From Squalus acanthias (taxonomy: Eukaryota), in assembly GCA_030390025.1 (NCBI GenBank), contig CM059431.1, positions 129,458,001 through 129,522,000 of the forward strand: a stretch of DNA of 64,000 nt, written 5' to 3'. Positions 37,518 through 50,790 of the stretch are shown here, one piece after another; the first letter of the stretch is position 1, and each line of letters starts with the position of its first letter. The translations under genes and the position numbers were made by a program. The notes under the pieces are model-generated. The model did not search any database. It was given only the letters and a program-made list of their open reading frames with translations, and had not been told where the DNA came from.

Positions 37518-39290
37518 CATAGAATTACATCGGGTCTACAGCACAGATACAGGCCATTCGGCCCAACAGGTCCATGCTGGTGTTTATGCTCCACAAAAGC
37601 GTCCTCCCACCCCTCTTCATCAGCATATCCTTCTATTCCTTTCTCCCTCAGATGCTTATTTAGCTTCCCCTTAAATGCATCTATGCTATTCGCCTCAACT
37701 ACCCCCTGAGGTAGCGAGTTCTGCATTCTTACCAATCATTGGGAAAAAAAATTTCTCCTGAATTCCCTATTGGATTCATTGGTGATTATGTTATATTTAT
37801 AGCCCCTGGTTTTGGACTCCCCCGCAATTGAAAACATCTTCTCCATGTCTAACTTATCAAACTTCTTCATAATTTTAAAGACGTCTATTAGGTCATCTCT
37901 CAGCTTTCTCGTTTCTAGAGAAAAGAGCCCAAGCCTGTTCAGCCTTTCCTGATAAGTAAATCCTCTCAGTTCTGATATCATCTTTGTGAATATATTTTGT
38001 AACTTCTCCATGTCTCTGCATCCTTTTTATTATATGGAGACCAGAACTGTGGTCTAACCAAGGTTCGATACAAGTTTAACATAAATTCTCTGCTTTTCAA
38101 TTCTATCCCTGTAGAAATGAACCCCAGTGCTTGCTTTCCTTTTTTAATGGACTTATTACCTGTGCGCTACTTCTAGTGATTTGTGTATCTGTACCTCTAA
38201 TTTCCTTTGCCCCTCTACCCCATTTATACACTTATACCCAAGCAGCATGTGGCCACCTTATTCTTTCTACCAAAATGTAACACCTCACACGTACCTATAT
38301 TTGCCAATTCCACACCCATTCTGCAATTTTATTAATGAATTCTTGTATTTTATCACAGTCCTCCTCAGTATTAACTGTAACCCCCAATTTGGTGTCATCT
38401 GCAAATTTTGAAATTGTACTTCCAACTCCTGAGTCCAAATTATTTATGTAAGTGATGAACAACAGTGGTCCCAGCACCAATCCCTACGGAACACCACTTC
38501 CCACCTTCCGCCAGTCTGAGTAACTACCGTTAACCCCTACGCTCTGTTTTCTGTTTTGTAGCCAGCTTGCTATCCATTCGGCTACTTCTCCCCTGACTCC
38601 ACATGCTCTGACATTAGTCATGAGGCTACTCTGAAGTACCTTATTAAAGTCCTTTTGAATATCCAAATATAGTACATCCACTATATTACCTTTGTCTATT
38701 CTTCCTGTTACGTCTTCAAAGAATTCAATAAGGTCGGTCAAGCATGAACTTCCCTTTTGAAATCCATCCTGACTATTCTTTATCATATTTTCAGTTTCCA
38801 GATGTTTATTGCATCTTTCGGGAAAGATTCCATTATGTTTTCTCCCACCGATATTAAGCTAACTGGTCTATAGTTCCCTAGACTTATTCTATCTTCCTTT
38901 TTAAATAAGGTATGACATTAGCTGTCCATCAGTCCTCTGGCATTATTCCCTTTTCTAGTGAATTTGTATATATATGTAATAGTGCCTCTGCTATCTTCCC
39001 TAGCTTATTTTAATATGTGTGGATGCAATCCACCTGGACCAGAGTTTTTAGCTACTTTACTATTTCTTTTCATATTCCTTGATAATTTAATTTTGTTGTT
39101 CCACTTTGCCTTCCTAATTGTTTTATGACTTCTTTCCTAACCTCTTCCTATTCCCTTTTGTCATCCTCTCCTTTGTTGTCTATGTACTTAGTGTATGCCT
39201 TTTTCTTTAGTTTCAATTTTGACCTTACATCTTTGTTCATTCTCGGTGTTTCATTATTGGCTAGCTTGTTCTTGTTTTTAGCGGAATTTA
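37518..39290 (-). mobile_element. CR1 LINE, diverged and fragmented
   Basis: RT motifs in ORFs 37736-38011, 38295-38480 (KFADDTKLG) and 38484-38786, with the 3' UTR at the left end. Confidence 0.88.
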
Positions 39291-39315
39291 TTTCTCAGTA
39301 TAAGGAAAAAAGAAC

Positions 39316-39625
39316 GAAAGAAAGTTGCATTTATAGAGTGCCTTTCATGATCTCAGGACATTCCACAATGCTTCACAGCCAAGTACTTTTGAATTATAGT
39401 GATTGTTGTAAAATAGGGAAATGCAGCAACTAATTTGTGTACAGCAAGTTCTCACAATCAGCAATGAAATAAATGACCAGATGATCTGTTTTACTGATGT
39501 TGATAGAGAGATAAATGTTGGCCAAGACACCAGGAGAACTCCCCTGTTTCTCTTTGAATAGTGCCATGGATCTTTTATGTGCACTTGAAAGAGCAGATGG
39601 GGCCTAGATTTAACATCTGAAAGAT
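39316..39625 (-). mobile_element. DeuSINE/SacSINE-like, 5'-truncated
   Basis: Homologous to 2117-2415. Confidence 0.8.
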
Positions 39626-40029
39626 GGATAGCCCTGTAACCCAGATAATATTAGAGTGTAATTTAATTAATCCCACGCTTTCATCAGGAAGCCATGCTGT
39701 ATTGTTGTAGCTATTCTCTGACACACACTTCCTTCGAGGTGGCTTCCATCTGGCAAGGTAGGATCTGTGAAACTGCTCATTTCTACATGGATATTTTCTT
39801 GTATTTCTGCAATTGTTTTATTACCTGCTTTTTAGTACTCCAGTCTCTTTCTCGCTCTCTCTTTTAACTAGGCATGGGAATCAGTTCGATATGGTTAATT
39901 CACCACATATGTGGTTTCATTGAGGTAATGCTAACACGACAAAGATTGAACAAGTATACTGTTCAAAAAATAAGCATTTTGTCAGCAAACTTATTTTTCT
40001 AATAGCGAGAGACTAGAAAATATCGAGAA

Positions 40030-42015
40030 GCAAAGTGATGGGTGTCCAGGTGCTCAAATCACTAAAAGCCAGTGCACTGGTACAAAAAATAATCAAAAAG
40101 GCTAATGGAATGTTAGCCTTTATCCCAAGATGGTTGGAATGCAAAGAGTAGAAAGTTATGCTTTAGTTATACAGAGCCTTGGTCAAACAGCATCTGGAAT
40201 ATTGTGTTCAGTTCTGGGTACCACACCTCAGGAAGGAAACATTGTCGTTTGGGGTGGTATAGCAAAGGCGGGTATATGGACTTAGGTCGCAGATGAGCCA
40301 TGATCTCATTGAATGGCGGAACAGGCTCGAGGGGGTAAATGGCCTACTCCTGTTCCTACGTTCCTATGAGATTGACAAATTTTTATGAGGGAAAGATATA
40401 AAGGAACATTCGATGGAATCTGGAACTGTACCCATGGATTGGAGGGTAGCTAATGTTACCCCAGTATTCAAAAAGGGTGGTAGAGAGAAAGCGGGGAATT
40501 ACAAACCGGTAAGCCTGACATCGGTAGTGGGGAAAATGCTAGAGTCCATTATAAAGGATGTAATAGCTGAGCATTTGAAAAACAGTGACAGGATCGGACA
40601 AAGTCAACATGGATTTACAAAAGGTAAATTGTGCTTGACTAATCTACTGGAATTTTTTGAGGATGTAACTGGGAAAATAGATAAGGGAGAACCAGTAGAT
40701 GTGGTGTATTTGGACTTTCAAAAGGCTTTCGATAAGGTCCCGCATAAGAGATTAGCGGGTAAAGTTAAGGCACATGGGATTGGGGGCAAGGTATTGACTT
40801 GGATAGAGAACTGGTTGGCGGACAGAAAGCAGAGAGTAGGAATTAATGGGTCTTTTTCCGAGTGGCAGCAGTGACTAGTGGGGTACCGCAGGGATCGGTC
40901 CTTGGACCCCAGCTATTCACAATATACATTAATGATCTAGATAAGGGAATTAAATGTAATATCTCCAAGTTTGCAGATGACACAAAGCTGGGTGGGAGTG
41001 TGTGCAGCGAGGAGGATAGTGAGAAACTCCAGGATGATCTGGACAGGTTGGGTGAGTGGGCAGAAGCGTGGCAGATGCAATATAACGTGGATAAGTGCGA
41101 GGTTATCCACTTTGGTGTCAAAAACAGAAAGGCAGACTATTATCTGAATGGCAATAGATTGGGAGAAGGGGAAGTGCAACGAGACCTGGGTGTCCTTGTG
41201 CACCAGTCGCTGAAAGTAAGCATGCAGGTGCAGCAGGCGGTGAAGAAGGCAAATGGTATGTTGGCCTTCATAGCGAAAGGGTTTGAGTATAGGAACAGGG
41301 ATGTCCTGCTGCAGTTGTACAGGGCCTTGGTGAGACCACACCTTGAGTACTGTGTGCAGTTTTGGTCGCCTTATCTGAGGAAGGATGTTCTTGCCATGGA
41401 AGGAGTTCAACGAAGATTCATAAGGCTGATACCTGGCAGGAATTACATATGAGGAGAGATTGGGTCGATTGGGCTTATACTCACTGGAGTATAGAAGAAT
41501 GAGAGGGGATCTCATCGAAACATATAAAATTCTGACAGGTCTGGACAAACTAGATGCAGGAAGAATGTTCCCGATGGTCGGGGAGTCCAGAACCAGGGGT
41601 CATAATCTACGGATAACGGGTAAACCATTTAGGACAGAAATTAGGAAGAATTTCTTCACCCAGAGAGTGCTGAACCTGTGGAATTCTCTACCACAGAAGG
41701 TAGTTGAGGCGAAGTCATTAAATATATCCAAGGATGAGTGAGATATATTTCTTAAAGCTAAAGGTATCAAGGGATATGGGGAGAAGGCAGGTACAGGGTA
41801 CTGAGTTTAGATGATCAGCCATGATCTCATCGAATGGCAGAGCAGGCTCAAGGGGCCGAATGGCCTACTCCTGCTCCTATCTTCTATGTTTCTATGTTTC
41901 TATGAACATGGATCAAAGGTGGGTAAAATAAGTTGAGCTACAGGTCTGCTATGATCTAATTGAATGGCAGAACAGACTCGAGGGGCTGAATGGCCTGCTC
42001 CTGTTCCTGTGTTCC
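40030..42015 (+). mobile_element. Older CR1 3' fragments hosting a younger CR1
   Basis: RT remnant at 40030-40260, a short tail insert at ~40262-40367, and a host end resuming at 41904 after TSD GAACAT. Confidence 0.75.
40410..41903 (+). mobile_element. Young 5'-truncated CR1
   Basis: RT across three frames (40413-40874, 40862-41452, 41460-41741), (TTTCTATG)n tail, and TSD GAACAT at 40404-40409 and 41904-41909. Confidence 0.94.
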
Positions 42016-42104
42016 AAACCAGAAATCATAGCAATAATATAACATGATATGAAAATTTAGATTTACATAACAATTATTACGCAAACTAGATCACATGAGC
42101 CAGA

Positions 42105-42815
42105 TTAAGAACATAAAAATTAGGAGCAGGAGTAGGCCATACGGCCCCTCAAGCCTGCTCCACCATTCAATAAGATCATGGCTGACCTTCTACCTCAACT
42201 CCACTTTCCCACCTGATCCCCATATCCCTTGATTCCCCTAGAGTCCAAAAATCTATCGATCTCAGCCTTGAATATATTCAACGACTCAGCTTCCACAGCC
42301 CTTTGGGGTAGAGAATTCCAAAGATTCACAACCCTCTGAGTGAAAAAATTCCTCCTCATCTCAGTCTTAAATGGCCGACCCCTTATCCTGAGACTATGCT
42401 CCCTAGTTCTAGACTCTCCAGCCAGGGGAAACAACCTCTCAGCATCTACCCTGTCAATCCTCCTCAGAATCTTATATGTTTCAATGAGATCACTTCTCAT
42501 TCTTCTAAACTCCAGAGAGTATAGGCCAAATCTATTCAATCTCTCCTCATAGGACAACCCTCTCATCCCAGGGATCAATCTAGTGAACCTTCGTTGCACT
42601 GCCTGTAAGGCATGTATGTCCTTTCTCAGATAAGGAGACCAAAACTGTGCATAGTACTCCAGGTGTGGTCTCGCCAAAGCCCTGCACAATTGTAGTAAGA
42701 CTTCCTTACTCTTGAACTCCAACCCCCTTGCAATAAAGGCCAACATGCCATTTGCCTTCCTAATTGCTTGTTGTACCTGTATGCTAACATTCTGTGTTTC
42801 TTTTTTGAGGACACC
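42105..42815 (-). mobile_element. CR1 3' part (continues at 49750-50790)
   Basis: ORF 42195-42902 from RDLGV to the C-terminus, plus 3' UTR. Confidence 0.92.
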
Positions 42816-44466
42816 TAAATCGCGCCGATCGGTTGTGGGTCGGGTGGGAAAGTGTTTTTTTTTCCCCAGCGGGCCAGGACCCCGCTGTGAACCCACCACC
42901 ACGCGCCTTTCCCCATTGTCGGGTGTGTCAGCGCTGAGCAGACCTGACGCGCAGCGGCAGGGGACCCAATTCAGGTCTGTAGAGATTAGATTTTCTCTGG
43001 TCTTTCAGATAATCAGGATCGACTGCAAACCAATATGGTGGGAATATTGTGTTTAATCAGAGTTTAAGATGGAATATAACACACTAGTTATACAGCAAAA
43101 ACATACGACCATGACAAGCAGCTGGTACCGGTCCCGATCAGTCAGACGACTGGCGTGCGCGAACAGTTCTCCGGCTTACGGCCTTTCTTCCTCTCATCTA
43201 AAACCTCCAAGAATGGGTCCATTCCGGAAGAGTGTTAGATCAGCCCCACTCTTATATGGCTCTCCCCTCCACCATCTGTGCTTAGAACTTTCAGGGTCTT
43301 GCTTATATTACCTTTTTAGGGGTGGGCCTGATGTACAATATGGACAGGACCATTTAACCTGTAAGGGTTCTTCTTCAGCCAAGGTGCCCAATGGTGTGTC
43401 GAGTTCTTTGTCTTAACTTTCAGATGAAAGCCCTCCCCTAAGGGGTCTCATGCTCTTACCTCACATGTCTTTCCTGTATATACATTCTGAAGGCTCCTCC
43501 ATTAGAATTCGTCTTATCTCTCTTGTCCCTATCTTTCCTTGTACAACCAGTACAAGGCCCCTTGTACCCTCTTAATCAGGGGCCCATGTTAGAGCTGTCT
43601 GCTCAGCCTGTTGTTATCCAAACTATCTCCCTTTTATCCAACAGGCTGCTCCATCCTGAGATGATACCTTAACTCCCATAAATTCTTTCTATTCTATATC
43701 TTTTATATTAATTAACTTTTAATTATCTTCGCAAGCAGTTTTGTTAAGTGAACTCCAGTTCCTACATTAGCATTATAACATGGTTATTAGTAATGATAGA
43801 AGAAACGTAGGCGTTGTGCCTCAGTTGGTCAAATTAGAGATACATAAACAAAGTCGAAATCTAACTCGAAAACAACAGATAGCTAGCTTGGAAACAAGAT
43901 CATATACATTCGTCAGAGTGCAGAACGCTATAACATCTGCAGGGAACCAAAAACATAGGGGGATAAATTTGGTTGCTTTGCGCTTCCAGGTTAGCGCCCT
44001 AAGAGGGCTAATGGGGCGCAAAGCAATTGACGCCCGGGCGTGGCGATGTTTGCGCTGCTCGCGAAATTGACCAGAGTTTTTGCGGCGGCGCAAAACTCTA
44101 CCGTCACGATCTCCTGCGCCCGCAGATCGTGACGTCAGTCGAGCGTGCAACACCCCGGTGGCGCCCCGGACCGGATATTGAGTGGCGCCCCCTTCCTTTC
44201 CGCCTGCCGCAAGCAACGACAGGGAGAGTGGAACATTTTGCAGTCGGTAAGGGGCTGGGGGAGTGCTATTTAAAGGTGCCCTCTTCCTGCCTTTTTTTGT
44301 GGGAGACATTTTTGCACCACTCATTCTGACAGAGAGAGAGATTCTGAGAGAGAGAGAGCGAGACTTCTGCAGAGAGTCAACGCTGTGTGAAGTAGTTTTG
44401 GCTACTGAGCATCACTTTGCAGGTTCTTTTGGATTTGACCATCATTGCTTCGATTACCAAGAGACT

Positions 44467-45603
44467 GTGGGGGCTGCACTGATTCGGGGCGTCGTCCTGC
44501 GCCTGCAGAATCTGAGGCATCAGAGACGCAGAGAGAGAGTGGCAATCATGGTCAGAGGGAGGAGGGCCAACAGGCCTCTACACAGGAGACCTTACCCTCC
44601 CTGGGTATTCCGGGAACAATTCTCCTACATTAATTTGTCTGAGGAGCAGTGTTTGCGCAGGCTGTGCTTCAGCAAGGAGGTGGTTACTGAGCTCTGCCAC
44701 CTGCTGCAGCCAGATCTGCAGCCTCAACTGAGGACCAGGACGTCTCTGTCGGTGGCAGTGAAGGTGACAGTGGCTCTGAATTTTTATGCCACCGGCTCCT
44801 TTCAAGCAGCTACTGGGGACATCGCCAATATCTCTCAGTTCACGGTCCATTGCTGTATCCAGCAGGTCACAAATGCCCTCTATAAAAGGAGACGTCAGTA
44901 CATCTCTTTCCTGATGACCCGGGCCAACCAGCATGAACGCGCATTGGGCTTTGCGAGGATAGTGGGCTTCCCCATGGTGCAGGGCGCCATTGACTGCAAG
45001 CATGTAGCATTGCGGGCACCGCACGAGAATGCAGAGGTTTTCCGAAACTGCAAGGGGTTCCACTCCTTAAATGTCAGTTGGTGTGTGACCACAGACAGCT
45101 GATACTCTCTGTCAATGCCCACTATCCTGGCAGCAGCCACGATGCTTTCATCCTGCACCAGACAGGTGTCCCAGACCTTTTCCAGGCACCGCATCACCCA
45201 AGTGGTTGGCTCCTCGGGGACAAGGGTTATCCACTCTGCACCTGGCTGATGACACCACTCCATAACCCCAACACCCCTGCCGAGCTGCGGTACAATGAGA
45301 GCCATATTGCCACCAGGAACATCATTGAGCAGATGATCGGCGGTTTCGCTGTCTGGACCACTCAGGAGGAGCCCTGCAGTACTCTCGTGAGTGAGTTTCC
45401 CTCTTCATAGTTGTGTGCTGCATTCTTCATAACCTGCAATCCTCAGGACCCAGCCAATGCCACCAGGCCTTGGAGCACCACTGGAGGAGGAGGAGGAGGA
45501 AGAGGAGGAGGATGATCAGCAGCAGCACCAAGGCGGGAGGGAGGCCCACAATGTTGCCACTGCAAGGGCCGTCCGTCAACGGCTGATAACAAGCCGATTC
45601 TAG
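44467..45603 (+). pseudogene. Harbinger DDE transposase (HARBI1-like), disrupted
   Basis: GAIDCKH, AHYPGSSHDAFIL, LLGDKGY and RNIIEQ. The start is GTG (ATG in copy 1). Frameshifts at ~45075, ~45340 and ~45437. Confidence 0.93.
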
Positions 45604-45898
45604 GCCCCTACTCAGAAAATGGCTTCTGGCATGGAGAACAACATGATGGAAAGCAACCCACAACCCCTATAGCCGGCAAAAGCAGCAATGATTCCAAAGG
45701 CCAAACATGTACATTTTGAAAACAACAACTTTTTATTTTACAAACTCTGTGTGTGTCATTATAGAAACAAACACAACAAATCATAAATTAACATAACTGG
45801 TTCTCACAACCTGGAGATAATGGCGAAAACAGTAAACAAAAGTTATCAGACGAACCTCGCCCTTTAATAAAGATATTCCCAACATTTCTGGAGACCTC

Positions 45899-47664
45899 CT
45901 ACTTTTTGCGCTTCAAGGGTGATCTCCATCCCTTGCGCACTTCCCCCCTTCCCACCCTACTGCTCCTCCGTAATGGGGCCCCAGTGGCTGCTGCAAGGCT
46001 GGTGGAAGGCTGCTGAATGTCAGATCCTGAGACTACAGACGCTCTTGAAGGACACCCTCGACCAGCTCTGGGCCTGGAGGCCCCAGCTGCAGACTGCACC
46101 AACTCTGCATGGGCGGCAGCAGTCTGGGCTGGCTGTGTTGCAGGCGGTGGCAAGTGCAATGGGGAAGTGACAGTGGTGGGAGCAGGAATGCTGTCATCCT
46201 GAGAGAAGACAGCACCTCCCTGCTCGACCGACACACTGGCACTCCCACGGGGCGGCACCTCAGCATCCGGAGCAATCTGCTGGAGCACCAATTACTGCGG
46301 CGCCGTGAGAGCCCCGGGGCAATGTGGCTGAACCAGCGACAATGGCAGCAGTCAGTGCATGCATTGCCTCAATTTGAGACTGCATGAGAGCAGTCTGAGA
46401 TTGGATGGCAGCAGCCAGTGACTGAATTGCAGCACTAAGCAGTTGTGTTGCATCCGTCTGTGCTGCAGTGGGGTGCTCCACACTCTTTGCCAGTGCATCA
46501 ATGCTTTCGGGCACCCTTGCCATTGCACCCATGAGCTGAGTGTGCATGTCCACCACCTGGGTGTTCATTTCAGCGATGAGCCGCTCCTCCTCTGCATCCA
46601 GTGCAGCAGGACTCGCTGGCCTGCTCTCCCTCTGGGTAGAAGACTCCCGAGCTTCCCTACCCCCATCGCGTTGCTGCAGCCCGCTGGGTCCTGGAGCTTC
46701 ACCCTCATCAGACCCTTCCCCCCTGCTCCCCTCCAGGAAAGGCGTGGTCCCAGTGTGGGCATGGGCTCCCTCAGGAAACGCTGGCGCTGAGGCTCCGGCT
46801 TCCTCTTCCTCTTCGCCTGCGGCGTCGCTCCCACTGGCTGCTTGAGGGCCCGTCTCCTCAGCTGGTGGTTCACCATCTGAAAGCAGGGAGGTACAAGTGT
46901 GGCTTTAGCGTCAGGACAGGGGAGCAGTAAGGGAGCAAGGACTGGAGCGATTTAGTAAGTTGGATTGAAAGTGTAAAAGGCTGGTGTTGTGAGGGATAAG
47001 TGGAATGAGAGAGGAGAGAAAGCTGAGGACCTTACCATTGCTGTCCTGAATGGGGTCGACCTCTCCAGCGGCGACGGGACCGATCACCTGGCTTTGAACG
47101 ATCCTGTGGACGCGCGCCTCCAGATCGCTGAGGGTTGCAGCTGAGGTGGCCCTCCACCCGTCTGTTGCTGCTGTCTCCTGTTGTGAGATAGCTTGGCCTG
47201 CAAGAAAAAGGATGGCGTCTGAGTAAATATGCAGCCATGTGCTTGCCTGATGTGCCTCCCATACTTGAATAGCCCTTAATGTATGCAAGGTGTGGAATGT
47301 GCATGTGTGTTTTATGAGATGGCCATAGGTCTTGGATGAGTGTTGGGCATTGGGGTTTTAACACGCTCTGGCCATAGAGTGAGGTTGAGATGGAGGGATG
47401 GAGAGGTATTGAAAAACAGCCACTCACCCTGACGACCCGAGTGAGGTCGTTGAACTTTTTGCGACATTGCGTATGGGTCCTGGGCACCATGCTCCTGGAG
47501 GAGACGTGCTGAGCCACCTCCCTCCACACTCTTCTGTAGTTGCGTGGCAATGGCCTCCTGCCACACTCTGGGTACAGTATTACTCTTCAGCGCTCCATTG
47601 TGCCAACCAGAGCTACCAAGGCCCGGTCGCTGAAGCGCTGAGCTCCCTCCCTGACCCTCTCCAT
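45899..47664 (-). pseudogene. Harbinger Myb/SANT-like DNA-binding gene, 3 exons (47664-47428, 47197-47036, 46876-45899)
   Basis: Exon 1 reads RFSDRALVALV..WREVAQHVSSRSMVPRTHTQCRKKFNDL and exon 2 reads HNRRQQQQTGGG. Canonical GT/AG sites. One CGA>TGA stop and two frameshifts. Basic C-terminus PLKRKK. Confidence 0.9.
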
Positions 47665-49749
47665 AGTCCTTTGCTGCAGAATCGATGCACAGGTCTGTCC
47701 AGGCCGAGATTCAAGGCTGCAATGAGCAGGGTGTGGCTGGAGAGCAAGATCGACCCACCCCTTTAAGAACTGGCCGGCGCCAGTGTGTCTGTGTTCCATC
47801 GCTAACTGACATCACCTGAGCTTCGCCAGCGCTCTGAGTTAGCGTCTCGCTCTTCGGCCTTTGCACCTTAAGACAGGTGGGTAGCGCCTGATTTAGTGCT
47901 CCAATCACCTCCAGGGGCGATAGAAGCCAAGTTTGCAGTCGGAGGCGATAATTTGCGGCAGGCGCTAATCTTTGCGCCTGGCCGATAATTGCGCCCCAAA
48001 CGGGGCGATACCAAATTTCTCCCCCATAAGCAAATTCTAAGCATCTATCCAGCTATTCTAATACTCATCTGAAGAGACACTTTTGTCTCAAGTTCTAATA
48101 CAGTCATGTAAACGCAGTCTTATTCATGTCGCAATTTCATTCACATAACCCCATATATTTTGGATACCCTAATTTCTAACAGGTCATTATGGCCTTGTTT
48201 AGAGATGATTAAGAACACATTTGAGCTCACCTTTTGATTTTACATGCTCACCCACGGGGTCCACGCTGCTCGGGGATCACGTCTGTTAAGCTGAGGTGGA
48301 AATTAAGTGGCCATTGAATCAGCTGTTGAGTTGACAGCTTCAAATGTAAAGTAAAAGCTCCCACCTTACAGAGAAATCTTCCCTCAGCCACAAGCTCTTA
48401 CTCACTGCATTTCACAACAGATTCACCATGCTGCAAGTCTTTACACAAGTCTCCATCCAGTCTGACCTCATTACCTCTCTCACCATTGACAGATCGCTTC
48501 TGTCATCTCTACTTCACCTGCCATCTATTCCATGAGCATGGGTGCCCTTTATACTCTCTCACCTTGGTCCTCAGAATCCCACCACGATCAGCCCCAACAC
48601 CAGCAGCACCAGGTACACCAGCAGCACCAACAACAACACCAACCTTCTCTGCAATCAACTGATGCTGCACAGGACCGAGGGCATCAGCACCCGACCACAT
48701 TGCTGCCCGGGAGGCCAGGGATGGTCTCACCAGGGCCAGATTTTATTTCACTTGATGCTGCACACCCTGGCTGCCACATGATGTGCCAGGTTGGCACCAC
48801 CCCACACCAACACCATAAAGCATCCCTACAAAGGCCAAGCCATTCCTTTCACACTCATCACTATTGCGGGGAGGTACCGTTATGTCTCACCATTCACTGC
48901 AACTCACTAAGCCACTTCCAAAGGTGCACACAAATCTGACTAAGAACGCAAAGAGTTGAAAATAAAGCTTTCAATGTTTGACACCACATTAACAGAAACT
49001 TTGCATGAACATTGCATAAAACACCCAAGTGCCTACCCTTCTGTGTTGTTAGTTGGCATGATTGAACGAGGATGAGGGTGAGTGTGAGGGGTGGCTAGTG
49101 AGATGGGGATGTGATAATGTAGATAGAGAGGGATGGGTGGAGGTGCAAGGTAAGTTGGTGTGAGTAAGGATATGCAGGAGTAGGGTAGGGAAGGCAGAGT
49201 GATGGGAATGCGATGAGAAGCACAGCAGGATGAGGTCGAGTGTGGCTTTGTACTAACGTTTTGTTATCTATTGAGATCACTGAAATGTTTGCAGCACTGC
49301 ACCCAGGTCCTCCTGAACAGATCCCTGCTTGTGCCCTCCTCTGCAATGTGCAACCAGGCTGTGTTGATCTCCTGGGAAGTCTCTTCCACCCATGACCTCC
49401 CTGCGTGCTGTGACTCCCTCCATAAGCATATGGAGGGAGTCCTGGGAGAGCCTGGGTGCAGCCCTGCACCTCTGTTTGCAGCACCTCAATGTTGTAGAAC
49501 ACTGACAGCACAAATGTCAAAATAAAGTTGGCCATGGTCCCTTTAAGGAAACCAGCTGATGACACGTCATCAAATGACGTCACCAGACCCGCTTCTTCCA
49601 ATTGGCCGGCGAACACACTGGGCAGGCTTAACAAGCCCAATCAAGGTAAATTAATTTCAGAGGCCGGGATGGAGACAGCAGCGGGGTCGGGACCCGTCAT
49701 CAACGTCGCCCGCCATGGACCCGCTGAGGTCAACAAAATCGCGGCCTTA

Positions 49750-50790
49750 GTGTCCTCTTCACAGCTTACTTTCCCACCTTGCTTTGTATCGTCAGCAAAC
49801 CTGGATACATTTCACTCAGTCCCTTCATCTAAATCATTAATATAGATTGTAAATAGCTGAAGCCCAAGCACTGATTCTTGCGGCACCCCACTAGTTACAG
49901 CCTGCCAACCAGAAAATAACCTGTTTATCCCTACTCTATGTTTTCTGTCCGTTAACCAATCCTCTATCCATGCTAATATATTACCCCCAACCCCATGAGC
50001 CTTTATCTTGCATAGCAACCTTTTATCTGGCACCTTATTGAATGCCTTTTGGAAATCCAAATATACTATATCCGCTGGTTCTACTTTATCTACCCTGCTG
50101 GTTACATCCTCAAAAAACTCTCATAAATTTGTTGAACACGATTTCTCTTTCATAAAACCATGTTGACTCTGCCTAATCATAATATGATTTTCTAAGTGCC
50201 CTGTTACCACTTCCTTAATAATGGATTCCAGCATTTTCCCGACATCTGATGTCAGGCTAACTGGCCTGTAGTTCCCTGTTTTCTCTCTCCCTCCTTTCTT
50301 GAATAGCGGGATTAAATTTGCAACCTTCCAATCTGCTGGGACCATTCTAGAATCTAGGGAATTTGGGAAGATCACAACCAATGCATCCACTATCTCTGCA
50401 GCCACCTCTTTTAGAACTCTCGGATGTAGGCCAGCAGGTCATGGGGATTTGTTAGCTTTTAGTCCTATTCGTTTCTCAAGTACTTTTTCTCTACTAATAT
50501 TAATTACTTTAAGTTCCTCACTCTTATTAACCCCTTGGTTCCCACTGTTTTTGGTATGCTTTTTGTGTCTTCTACTGTGAAGACACATGCAAAATATTTG
50601 TTTAAAGTCTCTGCCATTTCCCTATTCCCCATAATAATTTCACCTGTCTCAGCCTCTATGGGATCAATGCTTACTTTTGCTACTCTCATCCTTTTTACAT
50701 ACTTGTAGAAGCTCTTACAATCTCTTTTTATATTTCTTCCTAGTTTACTCTCATATTCTATTTTCTCCCTTTTTATCAATTTTTTGGCTA
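49750..50790 (-). mobile_element. CR1 upstream RT part
   Basis: ORFs 50504-50872, 50121-50405 (NYRPVSLTS) and 49812-50060 ([10 protein letters not shown]). It stops at GGKVSCEED, about 50 codons before the piece at 42815. Confidence 0.9.

Larger units (their letters stand above)
43958..48025 (+). mobile_element. Structurally complete PIF/Harbinger transposon, family A (4068 bp)
   Basis: 16-bp TIRs GGGGGATAAATTTGGT / ACCAAATTTCTCCCCC (1 mismatch), TSD ATA, and convergent transposase and Myb/SANT genes. Confidence 0.96.
42978..48181 (-). mobile_element. Solo LTR (~1.13 kb: 42978-43957 plus 48029-48181), interrupted by Harbinger A
   Basis: TG...CA termini with inverted ends TGTAGAGATTAG / CTAATTTCTAACA and a 4-bp TSD GGTC. 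Minus-strand TATA-like CATATAAG at ~43255 and ATTAAA at ~43056. Confidence 0.85.
42816..49746 (+). mobile_element. Harbinger family B deletion element, split by nested insertions
   Basis: 42816-42977 and 48186-48720 are contiguous in the paralog at 16476-17105. Myb remnant on minus at 49260-49500 (RAAPRLSQDSLHMLMEGV..RTWVQC). Right TIR AAAATCGCGGCC. Left TIR missing. Confidence 0.8.

Noticed and set aside
44467..45603. Host HARBI1 or NAIF1 genes
   Set aside because: The ORFs are multi-copy, disrupted and enclosed by TIRs and TSDs, so they are transposon genes.
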